64,000 bases of DNA from Paragordius varius (taxonomy: Eukaryota > Animalia > Nematomorpha). The position numbers and the translations under genes were made by a program. Below, piece after piece: positions 1 to 13,800 of the stretch. The stretch covers positions 10,788,001 through 10,852,000 of the forward strand of contig OZ176051.1 in assembly GCA_964247055.1 (NCBI GenBank). The letters are read 5' to 3'. Below the pieces are notes generated by a model, which worked only from the letters and a program-made list of their open reading frames with translations, was not told the origin of the DNA and did no database searches. Every line of letters begins with the position of its first letter. Positions within the stretch are counted from its first letter, which is position 1.

Positions 1-1954
1 TGGAATTAGCCAATTGCTTAATCGACTCTTTCTATAAGATGGGTTCTGTATGTGTTATGCATTCATTTTTTAACATTATAATTTTTTTATCCAAAAATAT
101 AGGATTCTACATGGGTCTTTAACTTCATATGGTGGATTTCCATCTGCTATTTCCTAAAGCGCCATTACCAATCAAAGAGGCGAAAAGCGATATCAACTAT
201 TAAAACTCTTTGAAAAAATTTACCAACATAATATAAATTTAATTTGTGATTATATATATATATATATGAATAAATAAATTATTTATTTTATTTGTTCTAT
301 ATGTATTACTCCTATATTTTCAGTCCAAAATTAAGATAGATTATCCGTGTTTTTAGCATCCTGACCGAAATCTATACTTTAATTAATAGTCACCCTAACT
401 TGCTAAAGCATTATAAATTTAAATATGTTAATTAACCGTATAAATCAATAAATTATTTTTGCTATATAAAACAGCATGGAAAGGCTTAGTCTAATAAAAT
501 TATAAAATGAAAATATTTATTGGTGGTAATATATGTATAACTGTTTTCATTTTTTATACCCGTCGGATATCCTAAATTTATAAAAAAAATACTTTGGGAT
601 TTTTTTAGGCATAAAATTTAGTATCGTTGAACAAATATGTGGTAAATCTCCAAAAATAAGTATATTTTAGCTTTTTTTTATAAAAAAAACAGCAAAAAAG
701 TGTAAAAAATAAATATATCTTTAAAAATCAATGCAACAAAGCTTTTTCACAATGATATTTATATTTAAACAAACATCATTATTTAATATCAAAAAGGGTT
801 TGTTTTTATTTATATGATGATAACAAATATTTGAGTAAAATGTTAACTTATCCACTTTTAGAGGGTTGCCCCTAGAAAAAAATGTATTGAATATTTTGAG
901 TTATTATTTTATTTTGAAGATAGATTGGTGGTATTTAATAAAAGCATTATTATACGCCACATATTATTTGTTTTAAAAATATTTACAAACGAGAAAATAT
1001 TGGGAATGTCCAAATTTGGAAAAAGTCCCATATCTCGAAGAGGGGCTCGATAAGTAAAAATTCTTTACACAGATCTGATCACAATACCATGAGTAAACAG
1101 AGATATTAAAAATGTAAGATCCAGATAATTAACCCAAAATTATGTTGCAAGTGTCATCACGATTTATCTTTAACTAAGTATAAATAACAAAATATTGTTA
1201 AATTTTAAATATATAAGTACTTTGAAAGTTCCAAATTCTTTAATCTTCAATGGGGGTTTCTTAGAAAAAAATGTCAAGTTTTCGCGATTAAGTTTCTTAA
1301 TATATGGTGGTGGCATTATTTGCGCAAAAAAACGCTCTAAGATACAAAAACATTCTATCTTAAAAATACGAGAAGGCTTAACCCTTTTAACAATTCAGTA
1401 AACTTAAAGGTTCTTCTTTCGAATTTTAAGCAATATTTTTTTAAAAAAATTAAAACTTAAATTATATATTAAATCAATTTTTTAGGTGATAGAATTCAGG
1501 ATTCTCGAATTGTGAAAAGTGGTTCAATTATATTTAAAGTGTAACATATTGTTTCATCGTGATTCAAAAAAGTATGAAATACTATTTATAAAAATTTTTG
1601 TTAAAAATTAAATATTTGAACAATGAGAGCTTTTTTTAGATTGGTGGATTACTATTTATTTATAATTTAGTTATTATTTTGAAGAAGCATTTACCTTTTT
1701 AAAAAATTTTATTTAACAAAATGTTTCGCTATTTTCTGATATTGAGCACCTAAGTGTAAATAACTTCCTTATCACTCGTAAGGCCAAAACCAAAAGCTCA
1801 TGATAATCCCAATATTTTATTATCATAATATATATATTCCATCAGAGTACCCTTTTTCGAAAGCAGTAATGCGCATATGTCATGCTGACCAGTAACCGTT
1901 AAGTTTATCCATAAAATAAGTAATAACAGGTTAAAAAATTTTTGTTTTTGGGTT

Positions 1955-2467
1955 TATTACTTGGATACAACACATACATTGGTGTTTGGATTCATTGGAG
2001 TAGTTGAATAGACTTCGAGCCTGTTTAAAATTATATACCATAAAAAATATGAAAGAAATCGAAACCCTGGCAAAATTTTGCACCTATATAACATTAATAA
2101 ACCATATATAAAAATTTATTCGAAAATATTAGATAGATCTTTTTTTAATATAAAACCAAAGAATTAATCAACCTAACTGTGCATTGGCTAAAGAAAAATA
2201 ATACAAAATAACCTACTTTTCATATATCAATGTTAGATAAAATTTAAAGAAATTATTAATATATAAGTTATAATAAAGTAAAAACTATATTTTGCAAAAT
2301 TTGTGCAAAATAAAAATGGCATAGAAGTAGTTGACAAATTTTTTTAAAAACGAAATTTATTTAGGATAAAAGGATAAATTTAAATTGGCACTGTTCCCAG
2401 CAGTGTTTACAAATATTATTTTATATTTAGTCTGGGGTACTTAGATAACCCAATTTAAATCGAAATG
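1955..2467. mobile_element. piggyBac-like (TTAA) MITE, copy A, degenerate left end
   Basis: Right end CTGGGGTACTTAGATAACCCAATTTAAATCGAAATG followed by TTAA (2468-2471). The body is the reverse complement of 2589-3144. Confidence 0.55.
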
Positions 2468-2588
2468 TTAATCTCATATAAGTATTAACTCTTGCCATGG
2501 TTTCAATTTAATGCATATTCAAATTTTTTATAATTGAATGACTGAAAATGAGTTTAACAAAATGTTAAATATGATTTAAGTCCATTAA

Positions 2589-3144
2589 CACTTCGATTCA
2601 AATTGGGGTATCTAATTACCCCAGACTAAATTTTAATTAATATTTTTAAATAACTACTGAAGGAAACGGTCCCAATTTAAATTTATGCTTCTATCCTGAT
2701 AAAAATAATATAAATATACCAAAATTTGTTTTGAAAAAAATCCATCTCAAACTACGTCGACGCCATTTTTATTTTACAAAATTTTTGCAATCGTCTTCAT
2801 TTAATTTAAAGGGTATAATTAAAGCTAATTTTTTATATAAACTACATCTAACATTGATAGATATAGAAAAGGCGGTTTATTTTGTATTATTTTTTAATTT
2901 TACAATTTGACACATGTTACATTGACGAAATTTTTACCTTTCGGTTTTAGCTTAAAATAAGTAATATCAATATTTTTGAATAAATTTTTATATATTTTAA
3001 TTTATTAATGTTATAAGTGTAAAATTTTGCCATGGTTTCGATTCCTTTCATACTTTTTAAAGTATTTGATTTTAAACAGGCCTGGGGTATCCAACTACCC
3101 GAATTTGAATCGAAGAACTAAAATGAGTGTTTTGTATCGAAGTG
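2589..3144. mobile_element. piggyBac-like (TTAA) MITE, copy B
   Basis: TTAA at 2585-2588 and 3145-3148 flank CACTTCGAT...ATCGAAGTG termini. Subterminal motif TTCGATTCAAATTGGGGTA..TAA.TACCCCAG is present inverted at both ends. Superfamily inferred from the TTAA target only. Confidence 0.7.
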
Positions 3145-3406
3145 TTAATCATTTATTAACATAATTTATATACTAATATTTGTTTATCGCATGATTTGTA
3201 CAAATATATAATTATATCCATAAAGTGTAAAAGCGTGCAGTTTTGTACATTGTGGACAATGGCGGTAGGACACTGACAAGTTTTTTGTAAGTAATTTAAA
3301 TTTTTTGAAAAGCTTGGGGTATTTTATTGTTGAATAAAAAAATTACAAAATTTTTTATGCATTAAATTCACCTGTTACGCACTGATGTAAGTTCCAAATG
3401 TTTAAC

Positions 3407-4067
3407 ATGTTCTCGCATTTCGTTCGAAAATTTACAAACACTTCGGTCCTTAATTTTAAATTTTCACCTAATTTACTGTGAGCAAAATTTTTATTTTAGA
3501 GCAGAACCCATGAAAAAGAAAAAAAGAATTGATCCCGCTATTCTTAAGTTAAGAGAAGAAAGAAAGAAGAAAAGGCTAGAAAAAGCTGTTAGGCTGTTAG
3601 AAAAGCGTGGTAGAATATTAAAACCCTTGATCGAATGTGAACCTGAACCTAAGTTATTACGAGAACTTAAGTATGTTTTTTTAATTAATATCAGAATACG
3701 GCAGAGACCACCGTCGCCATTAAATTCTTCCGAAAAAATGGAGGAATATAGAATTATGAAAGAATGGCAAATTTACAAAACTAATCAAACAAAAGCTTTC
3801 ACTAAAGCTGTATCACGTTTTAAATTATCGCAAGAAAAGGCATTAGAAGAATTACGACTGACATCCCCACAACTTTATGAGAGTGCTCTTATGGTATGCA
3901 TTTTATTTTTGTCTTTCATATTCCATTTTAATTTAATTTGAACTTATTAGGTTAACGCAGAGATTTTACCCTTACAACTCCAAAGTCCTGTTCTAACGTC
4001 GCCTGATTCGTCTTATGAATCACCAGACGGAGATTTTATTGATGTTACAAAAAAATACATACGTTGA
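3407..4067 (+). CDS. MRPL40: Mitochondrial ribosomal protein L40 (mL40), 4 exons, 185 aa
   Basis: Exons 3407-3477, 3500-3670, 3695-3893, 3951-4067; GT-AG introns of 22, 24 and 57 nt. Motifs AEPMKKKKRIDP, SQEKALEELRLTSPQLY and YESPDGDFIDVTKKY match the mL40 family. Confidence 0.9.
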
Positions 4068-6109
4068 TATTAATTAATTAAGAAAATAAATTTTTGTAGT
4101 GATATTCAACGTGGGTTTCTAGAAAAAATTTGGAATAAATTAATATTAGTTTAAAATAACAAGAAAAATTAATCTTAAAATAAATATAATAATGATCAAA
4201 ATGTTTCACTCTTCATTTTGGGTTAATTTTCTACTACAAAATAATTCTAAGTGTTTACTCTAAAAAATCCATGATATGGGCTAAATCTAAAAATATGCAA
4301 ATTACGTTATAAAATATTTTTTAATGTAAATTGAAAAAATTTATAAAAACTTGCTTTTAGAATTTTTGATTAATAGCGTACTACACAATAATTATATCTG
4401 GTTAAAATTGAATAATTTTAATTTTTTTCCATTCCAGTTATATATATTAATAGCTGATTCTTTCGACTCGAACAACAAAATGTCCGTTATAAAAGAGTGG
4501 CGATTTTAAATTTATTTTTTTTAAAAAAATGAAACTTTTTTTAAACGCTCTATCTCCAAATATTTTTGGATAAATATAGGCGATAAAGCATTTAAAATTA
4601 AAGAATAGAATTAATTAATATAAATTTGGCACAAACAATTAGTCAATTAGCTATTAAGAAAGTTTGTTTTATGATATTTAAGCTATAATTTTAAGGTTAC
4701 AAAACTAAATAAGTCTGAAGCTTTACGTATATAAAAATAATGATTGATTGATAATTAATTTTCTACAACCGCTTTTTATTCTTATTACATTCCTATTGGA
4801 ACAAATAACACTAGTCGACAAATTTGGACATTTTTAAGCACCACCACTCAAACTTTTTAAATTATGTCTAATTTCAGTGTTTTAAAACCGAATTTTAAAA
4901 AATTTTGATCCCGCCAATCAGAATTTTGAAATTTTATAGGTTTTTCAATTTTTCAAAAACAAGAGAAAATTAAATATAACTTTATAATAAAATGTTATTA
5001 TATTATAAACTTAATATCATTTAAGAAAGCGTTTTAAACTCTATCTTTTGAATATAAATATGTCATTTAAATATCAGAGAGAAAAAAATAGTACGGACTT
5101 AAACGTCAAAATTTAGTCTTTTTTTTCAAGTGAATTTTTAACACATATAAAATTTTTTTAAAAAAATACTAAAAAAGGCATTATGGTTTAAACCTTCGGC
5201 TTTCAGATAGGCTATATTTTTTTTGTTAGATTTCGTTCTTTCGAGTACTTATTAGACTTTTTCTATTGAGATGGTTTTTATAAAAAATCCTTTAATTATA
5301 CCTAGTGGATATACCTTATTTTTTTTAAATTATTGGTTGTTTTGTATTTTGAATTTGAGATGGATGTTGTGTAGCCACTTTTAGTAGAATTTACTGTTAT
5401 GAGGTTGGACCATTTGTATTTACCTAATTTACAATTTAATTGTAGAAAATATCTAACTTTATTCTGTAAATTGGTTAATTTGACATGTCAATTTGCCACG
5501 ATTTTGCTTGCAAGTCTCTCTTATCGGACTTTACGATTACTTTTTGTTATCTTTGCCACATCTGGCATAATTATAGGATCGCTTGGGGGATATGCAAAGC
5601 TTGTGCAGCCGCCCATATCTATCACACTAACAAGCCCTTTTAGATTTTTAATACTTTGGCTCTTAGCTTGTTTAGTATCTTATTTAATGCCTAGAATTTG
5701 TTATCCATGCATGGAATATTACTTGTGACTTGCTTGTTTGAATATTTAAACATATGTGCACGAAGAATGATTGTTATTTTTGAATTAAATACAAATTTAA
5801 AAATTAAATTTTGGAAAAATCTTATTGGTGGCCTCAATTTTCTTTTTTGTTTTGGCCTTTCCATGCCATTAGGTATCAGAAAATGCAAAAATAATGGGGT
5901 GGTGCAAAACCTTGTTGAGCAGTGTAATTATCTATTCTTGCATAAAAAATTTTTTTGTAAACTATAATTATATTTTAATAATTGCAGGCAAATATGGCTT
6001 TGTTGCAATTCCAAATGAAAATTAAAAACTATCTCGTTTTTAAGATAATGTTATAATATTTAAGTAATAAAAACAGAAAATATTTATATAAAGCAAAAAA
6101 ATTGTCTCT

Positions 6110-8325
6110 TTATTCAAGTTTTAAAAGATTTGGTACTGATGGTGACATTGGATAAAATTTATCATGGCTGTAATCAGTTGCGTTTTCTTCCCATACATAT
6201 TTATATTCCTATGGATAATTTTGAAAACACATTAAAATTTCTCAAATTATTTAAAAAAAGGTATTTTACCACATACTTTTTTGTTTTAAAAATATTCTTT
6301 TTTTCCAAAAGCATAATTTTCTTACCAAATCATAAAAATGAAATTGATCATGATCATCGTACAATTCCATGTTTGGTAAGAAATCGTTAACCCCATCATT
6401 GATATAATAATTGTCAACTGCTGCAATATAAGTATCATTATTTTCGACGTTATCATAATAGTATGAATCCCCGTAATATAAATTTTCTGTACTGCGACCC
6501 AAGGGTGGTATTCTGTAATCATATGTCTAATGATATTGTATGGAAATTTTATTAAAATTACTAATTTTAGCTAGTCAGGTTTATGAGTAAGCATTAAAAA
6601 ATGTAATTAAAAAAGGTAAATATAAAAAACTCTTGACATGTCTAATGTTATGTTGTTTTTTTGCAAATAAACGAACTTTTTAGGCGAAATAAAATGAATT
6701 TTTTCGTAACCGCAAATCAAATTTAATTATAAATTAATAAGAAAATCTAAATTATATATGGATTATGCCAGAAAAATAATTTCATAAGTTTCTTTTGATT
6801 TATACACAAAGTGTCAAAATTTTTGCTATCGGCTTAATTGTATTAGGAAAGGATTTTCAAAATTTTTCGTTTTCAATCCAAAATTTTTGAGCCCCACATG
6901 GCTACTCGGCCTGAAAATTGGTTCGTGATTCATTTTGTTTGTTTATAAGAACTTTAGGGATTTTTCAATGGCCTTGGATAAGTGTACATCGAATTTTGTA
7001 AGTTTATTTATATTTGAATTTTTATAAATTCCAAAGGTATTTAAAAAAAGATTTTGCGCGATACAAAATGCAACTTCTTACGCAAAAAAGTTTTTGCGGA
7101 ACACAAATTTTGTTAGTAATTTTTTACTATGTTTTTAATTTAACATTGCGTAAAAGGAAAAAATTATTAAAATTATAAATATTATTCGGATTCTTTAATG
7201 ATGCTTTTGGTTTTATGCCAGTGATTTTTACTCTATTTTGGATATAATTGTTTGCAAATTACAGTATATATTTTTTTAGGCGAAAATTAATGATATTTTT
7301 TAAATATAAAATATAAAAAGCAAACTAATATTTTTATAAAATTTTATTTTTAGCTCGTAAAGTAATCCAAAATGGCGAAGTCAATTTTTTAAAATATGTG
7401 GTTAATAAGTATATTCAATATTGCAAAACATAGGAATGAAATCTTACGTAATCAAAATTATGGCTGTAATCTGTGTCGTCGTAATCATATTGATAGGATG
7501 GTACCTTAAATTGATGAATTATAATTATTAATAAATTTATAAACTAATCATATTATGGTTCAAAATTGAAAAAATTTACTGATTTATAGTTTTTTTATGT
7601 CAATAACCCGACTGCCGCAATTAACAAGATAAACATGTTTTAATTTTTAATAGTTATTTTTAAAACTTTATACAACTATTGGTTATATGACATCTTTACA
7701 CAACCTTTAAGCAGTGTTCATGCGTTTCCACATACTGTTGATTCCAATAATCGAACAAACTTTTGTAATAGTGATAAGTTATGGCATCAGGAAATTGAAT
7801 AATATACCTGTCTTTTCTTACATCATTAAAATTGCTTCTATCTTTAGATGATGAGGAGGAATCAGAATTTTTAGTATGTTTTTTTCGATGATGGTTTCGT
7901 TTTGATGGTGAATGAGGTCTGTTACGTTTGTGTGAAGAGTGCGCTTTTTTAGCCTTTTTATTGGTGCTAACTTTTGGTAATGCCCCTTTATTTTTTAGCT
8001 GCGTATTTATTTCGGAATCCTCTTTATCTAATTTTTTCCCCAAATTTTCAGTCGTATTTAATTCTTCCGCAGAATTTTCTTGTTGGATCTTATCGGCCAT
8101 AGGTAATGATGTATTGGAATTAGAGGGCAATTCGATTTCTTTATCCGAAGAAGTGGTATTTTTTAAGGAAATCTTGTCATTAGTTTTATCATTTAACATT
8201 TGTTTTTTTGCTTTGGATAATTCATCTTGCATGTTTAAGTGAGCGATATAATAATTGATATCTTTATTTGATTCTTTTCGGCCTAAGTTATCCGATGATA
8301 TCGTTACCAAAGCGTTTTGAGACAT
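6110..8325 (-). CDS. Orphan protein, ~325 aa, Lys/His-rich middle and Tyr/Asp-rich C-terminus
   Basis: Exons 8325-7705, 7504-7448, 6526-6326, 6208-6110 join through phase-0 GT-AG introns into one open frame ending in TAA. No family recognised. Confidence 0.6.
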
Positions 8326-8661
8326 TAGTTGTTTTTAGTTATGAAAAAAATAATTTTGTAACCTTAAGTATGTAAAGCCGAAAAATCAGGTACCTATAAA
8401 GAATAACCATATATCATTAATTTTAAAATTATCATAAGCATTAAATATAATAAATATTACAATGATTTATTTAACAATCATAAAAGGCACTAATAAGTGT
8501 AAGATTTGGAAATGAGATTTTAAATTTTTATAAATATAATAGATAATTTTGGAAAAGATTTATTGCGAACCCGCTTTTGGTTCGACGAGGGGTTAGACTT
8601 TATTCTATTTAACCCAATAAGCAAATGCGGTCATAAGTCTTTATCGATTTAAATAAAACAG

Positions 8662-9570
8662 TTAAAAAGGAAATGAATTTATTTTAGTGAAATATTGTTG
8701 ATCGGCCTCTAAACATATGGCCCATCTATCAGTTAATAGATAAACGCCAACCCACAAAATGATTCGGCCAGCATTATTAAACTTTAAAACAATATAAATG
8801 TTTTTGCGCGTGTACCCTATTGATGCAAATATGTAATAGTAAGATAGCTTTAGGCCAATACAATAGATGCAGAAGTATTTTCTATCTAAAAGATTTTTAA
8901 ATGTTTTTTGTTGTTTGGCTGTACGAGACGGGGCATCGTGATATGCCAATCCCTTTTCTATGCCTTCTGATCCATTTGGGTCGTTTTTTAATTAATGCCT
9001 GAATACATTGATCATTTGTTAGCGATAGCATTGTGTATTAACGTCACCGGGTTTCAAAAGTTAATAATATATACCGCTCTTGTCCCACCGGACAGAGAGC
9101 ATGGTCTTTTCCCAAAGCGATTTAGCCTTGGTGGCGATAGACCGTCTTGGCGCAATGAATGCCACGATTTTTCCATATGGTTTACAAAATAAACCCACTA
9201 ACCCGTCAATACTGATAAATTGATTTTGAAGTAGCAGAATTTCACATCTCTTTGCTATTTGGATTTGACGCTCATTCATATTCAGACCCATTTACCGGTT
9301 TAATGGTTGTTCCAATTGCTCTTGAAGGACTACTGAATGTTTTTATGTACATTAAATTTATCCCAATTGAAGTTGAGTTAGAGTTTAGTCATCCCAATAA
9401 CTTTTCCACTTTATTATCTTTAAGTTGTGTGGTAACGCTAACTCTTTCACATTGAAAATCACTTTTAAATTTTCATAACCAAGTTTTAGTGAATCATGTT
9501 CACCATGTTTCTAGCAATCTCAAAAGCATTTTTCGTTTGATAAAATAGCAAAAGCAATCAATGTTTCAAA
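8662..9570 (-). pseudogene. Degraded mariner (Tc1/mariner) transposase
   Basis: Frameshifted segments EKTMLSVRWDKSGIYY*LLKPGDVN, YHDAPSRTAK and LLTDRWAICLEADQQYF resemble mariner GKKxMLxVWWD..GIxYYELL.PGETVN, HDNARPH and L..RW..C...DG.YF. Many stops; TIRs not clear. Confidence 0.7.
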
Positions 9571-10806
9571 TGTTTAAGGTACAAAATTTGACATTACACA
9601 ATTATAAAAGTAACGCTACATTATGGCGGACTCAATTTGGGTGTGTTTTACGTTCAATTTAGATGAGCAAACCAGGTTTTCAATTAATAGTACGTGTACT
9701 TTTCACAGACATCTTCTCTAATTTAGAATGTTATGACTTATACTACTTTTATTTAAAATGTTATGACTCATACACATAACTGCAGCTGTAAATGTTACCG
9801 TGGCTGATGTTAAAAACAATCACCTAAATAAAATTTAATAAATAAATTGGCTCTTTACTATAAAATCAAATTAGACGTTTTTGTCTTTTAATATTTAATA
9901 TATCCAACTAGACATTTTCAGATATTTTCATGGGGTTGTTTTACTTGTAAATCTAAACCGTCATGATAGGCAAACTAAGCTTGGATTAGTGCTGGTTTAA
10001 ACATATTTTATGCAAATCCCGTTGCCACCTTCCCGCGGTGTTGGCTGGGGCATAAAAATGCGCTAACGGCAAAGGCCAGTTTCTAATGATCCGTAAAATC
10101 ATTAGTTGCACACAAGGGAATGTATTACGTAAAAAATTGCCCCATATTACCGAAGACTAAAGAAAAAGAATGCTGTGTTCATTAAAATTTTTCAAATTTC
10201 CAAAAAATACATGATTTGCCTTATAGTGTTTGCAAGTAACCTTTTATCTATTTTTTATAATGCGGACTTTTATAGCTTTCAGACACTACGGTATAATATA
10301 TATTATTTTAAAAATCATGCATATTCCCACTAACCGGACTCTAAAATTGTTAAATTAAAGTGGAATTAGACCAAATCTCATTTTATATTTATCTAAAGTT
10401 TAAAATGATTGTGAAATTGTGCAATGCTAATTTTAACGAAAATGTTTAATTTTTTGCTAAAATTAGGATTTTAGCCACTCAAAAAATAAATCCGATCTGG
10501 ACCATGCACTTAAGTCACCAGTCGAGCAAAACCACGATTAAAATCTGTGAGCAAATAAAAAAACAATTATATTTCCCATATTAATACGCTATTTTACAAT
10601 AACAATTGATAAATTTAAAATGTTACTATATGTTAAGGTATTTGATAAGACCGCTATTTTTAAAGCATTTTGAAGATATAAAGAATTTTATATTATTTAT
10701 TGGTTTATTTATCCTTATTTTATTTTCATTTACAGTAAATAAATTATACATGACTGGGTTTGTAGGAAAACGATTATTATAAATAATATTTTGTTGAAAA
10801 AAAAGA

Positions 10807-13800
10807 TTAGCACGCTATTATCCTATTTTGATCATAATTATCAATAAGGCTTTGTATATGAGCTAATTTTTTGTGCAAATAATCGAAACGCTTCCTACGC
10901 CGTCTATATTCTTGGCCTGTTGGGGTTAGTTCATTGAGCAAATCATGATATTCTTTTGCAATTTTTTGAGCAAGTTCCTAAATACAGTAAAAATTGTAAA
11001 ATAAAATGGAAAAAGACAGACAGATATAGATCTTTAAATATTGATCAACTAATAATGTATTATTGAGTGTCATAGAAGTTAGATATCCCTCTAGCAACTC
11101 AAAACAATAAGTGCAAAATATTAAAAATAATTGTCCTTAAAATAATTGGCATTTCAAATTTTTCTTTCTTAAATTATGTTATTGGCTAATATGATAAAAG
11201 ATTAAATAAGATATTTCACAAGCGATATGTTCAGAAGTTACCCTATGAGCTGAATCGCCTTCCTTTAGAGATGTTAGTTTTTGATGCCAAGCACAAAATC
11301 GACCAGGGATTTCATTCAAGCGTCTATGCAATGCTGAATATTCATGATAAATGTGTTCAAATAAATCCGCATATTCTGTCCGTTTTTCATCCGTCAAAAT
11401 TGGAGCCAAACTGTCAAAAATTAAAAAAAAACTATATATACCATTTACAGTTCAAATTCACCCTTAAACAATTCAAAATCACCCTCGAACAATTCAAATT
11501 CACCCTTGAACAATTCAAATTAACCCTCGAACTATTCAAATTCACCCTCAAATAAATAACATGTTTTTTAAGATTAAAAATTACCTATATTTTTATATAT
11601 TTTTAAAAAATAAAATTTTGTTTTAAATTAAAATAATACTGAAAAAAATAATTAATTATGCCATAAAGATATATTTTATATTAATAATTAGTTATATTAG
11701 TTCGAAAACACATAATTTATTTTTAGGGTGAATTTGAATTGTTCGAGGGTGAATTTGAATTGTTCGAGGGTGAATTTGAATTGTTCAAGGGTGAATTTGA
11801 ATTGTTCAAGGGTGAATTTGAACTGTTCAAGGGTGAATTTGAACTGTTCAAGGGTGAATTTGAACTGTAAATGGCATATACCATTTACAGTTCAAATTCA
11901 CCCTCATTCCAATTCCCCCTAAAAAAATATGTGTTTTATAAGATTAAAAATTACCTATATTTTTTTATATTTTAAAAAATAAAATTACGTTTAAAATTAA
12001 TATAATACTGAAAAAATAATAAACTATGCCATATGAATACATTTCTTACTAATAATAATTAATTTTGGCCCGAAAATTAATTTATTTTTAGGATTTGAAT
12101 GAGGACGAATTTGAATTATTCATGGGTGAATATGAATTGTTTAAGGGTGAATTTAAATGGCAAATGGTATATATGTGTAATGTGATTAGCTAAATTGAAA
12201 TATAGTTACAAAAGGGCAGTAAAGTTAATTATTCTCACCGTATTTTTATATAACAATTCCAAAAAATTAAAACATTGGATAGTCCATAATAAAAAACTGA
12301 GGGTTGAGCAGATTTATTTGTAATAAAATTAAAGAATGTGCATGACAAAATTTAGTGGTCAAAATTTTCGGCTTAATTTTCCCTTAATATGTGATTAACA
12401 TCATTAAAAATTTTTGATTAAACAATATATATAAAACAACTTATAGCATATTAAGTTAAGTTTAAGCAAAAAAATCATTTTTAACCCTAAATAATCTTCA
12501 TTGGTTGAGGTGAATGTGGTTAGCATTTCAGATATCTCAGCCTCTAGATCTGCCGGTAAAGTATCAGATTCATTATTGCCAATTATTGTGAAGGGTGTGT
12601 GCGGTTCCGTTAATATCCCATTTCCATTTTCTACATATTTAACTGTATATAAAAATGGAATTCCTGGACATTTAAAACTAAAATTTTATATGTATCATGG
12701 AGATTAAATGTAAGTAAGAATATTTTTTAAATAATAATATTTATGAGATTGAGTAATTATCATAGATTTGTCAATATGTTTCTTGTATTTAAATATAAAG
12801 AGCTAAAAATAATAAAAAAAAACATTTTCGTGACATCTAAAAGCTATTCTGTATGAGTAAATTTTAATACTAAAGGCGCATATACATACGGTTTGAAAAA
12901 ATTTAAATGTCACACAATATAATTAACTTTATTTGATAAAATAAGCTAATAATCTGCAAACTCAATTTATAATTGCATTTTTAAGGTCGATAATTAATAT
13001 TACTATTACTTAAAGCATTCGTGCCTCCATCCTTTTTATTCACGTTATTCCGCAATTTTTTCGCGTCAGATGTCTGAACCAATTTTTTTGGATTTTGTGG
13101 TTTTGATTCACTATCTTTTTAATAGAGTAATATATATATAGAGTTATATTTATATATATAACGAAATATAAATATTAAAGTCAAATATTTATTCATCAAG
13201 AAAACCATATATTTTGAATTAAATATATCGTTTTTTGGATGGCCAAATAAACATGTAAGATATCACACATGATTCTATATAAAACATAGTCATATTGATT
13301 ATATAGGTAGAAAAATTATAGATCAAATCTTTTCCATAAAAAGTATATCCTTTTATGCTTTAATCTAATTTATAAAAATTACTTACTATGTGTATTGGAC
13401 TCATTATCTGACGAATCAGAGGTTTGTCTCATTATAATATTATTGTCTGAAAAGGAGGAATGAACCGGTTTAAGAGCACTAGGTAAAATATTATCCGATG
13501 ATTCTAAGTTCTGAAGCGTCCCACCATTATTATAATTTGAATGTTCGCTATCATTTGTTGGTGCAATAGTTGAGGCATTGATATCTTTCGATGCTACTTT
13601 GATAGCTTTTTTATTGTAAGGGACATTACTGGAAGTCGGTGCTGGATTGGTGTTCGCATTTTTTTTATCTATGGAAAATTTATATGTAATAAATCAGATG
13701 TAAATTAAATAAGAACGAAGAACTCAAATTTAATGTATACGAACGAATCGGCCCTTCAAACGTTTATAGTTAAAGATATTTGCAAAAATTACAAAAATTT

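Noticed and set aside
1195-1401. Short AT-rich track ORFs (also 25022, 33443, 35449, 43077, 47505, 47957 and antisense ORFs over real genes)
   Set aside because: Composition is typical of random AT-rich DNA or antisense shadows; no motifs or splice support.
5399-5967. Overlapping hydrophobic ORFs, possibly a decayed piggyBac transposase C-terminus
   Set aside because: Only vague motif resemblance, with no splice-consistent model or termini.
11441-11874. Heat-shock-element arrays in the GAA/TTC-rich unit
   Set aside because: Spacing is GAA-N3-TTC rather than the canonical nGAAnnTTCn.
11728-11922. Track ORFs with NLNCSRV, LEQFKLV or KDQLELF repeats (also 11271, 23202, 51152-52086)
   Set aside because: They are translations of the 21-bp MITE arm repeats, not genes.
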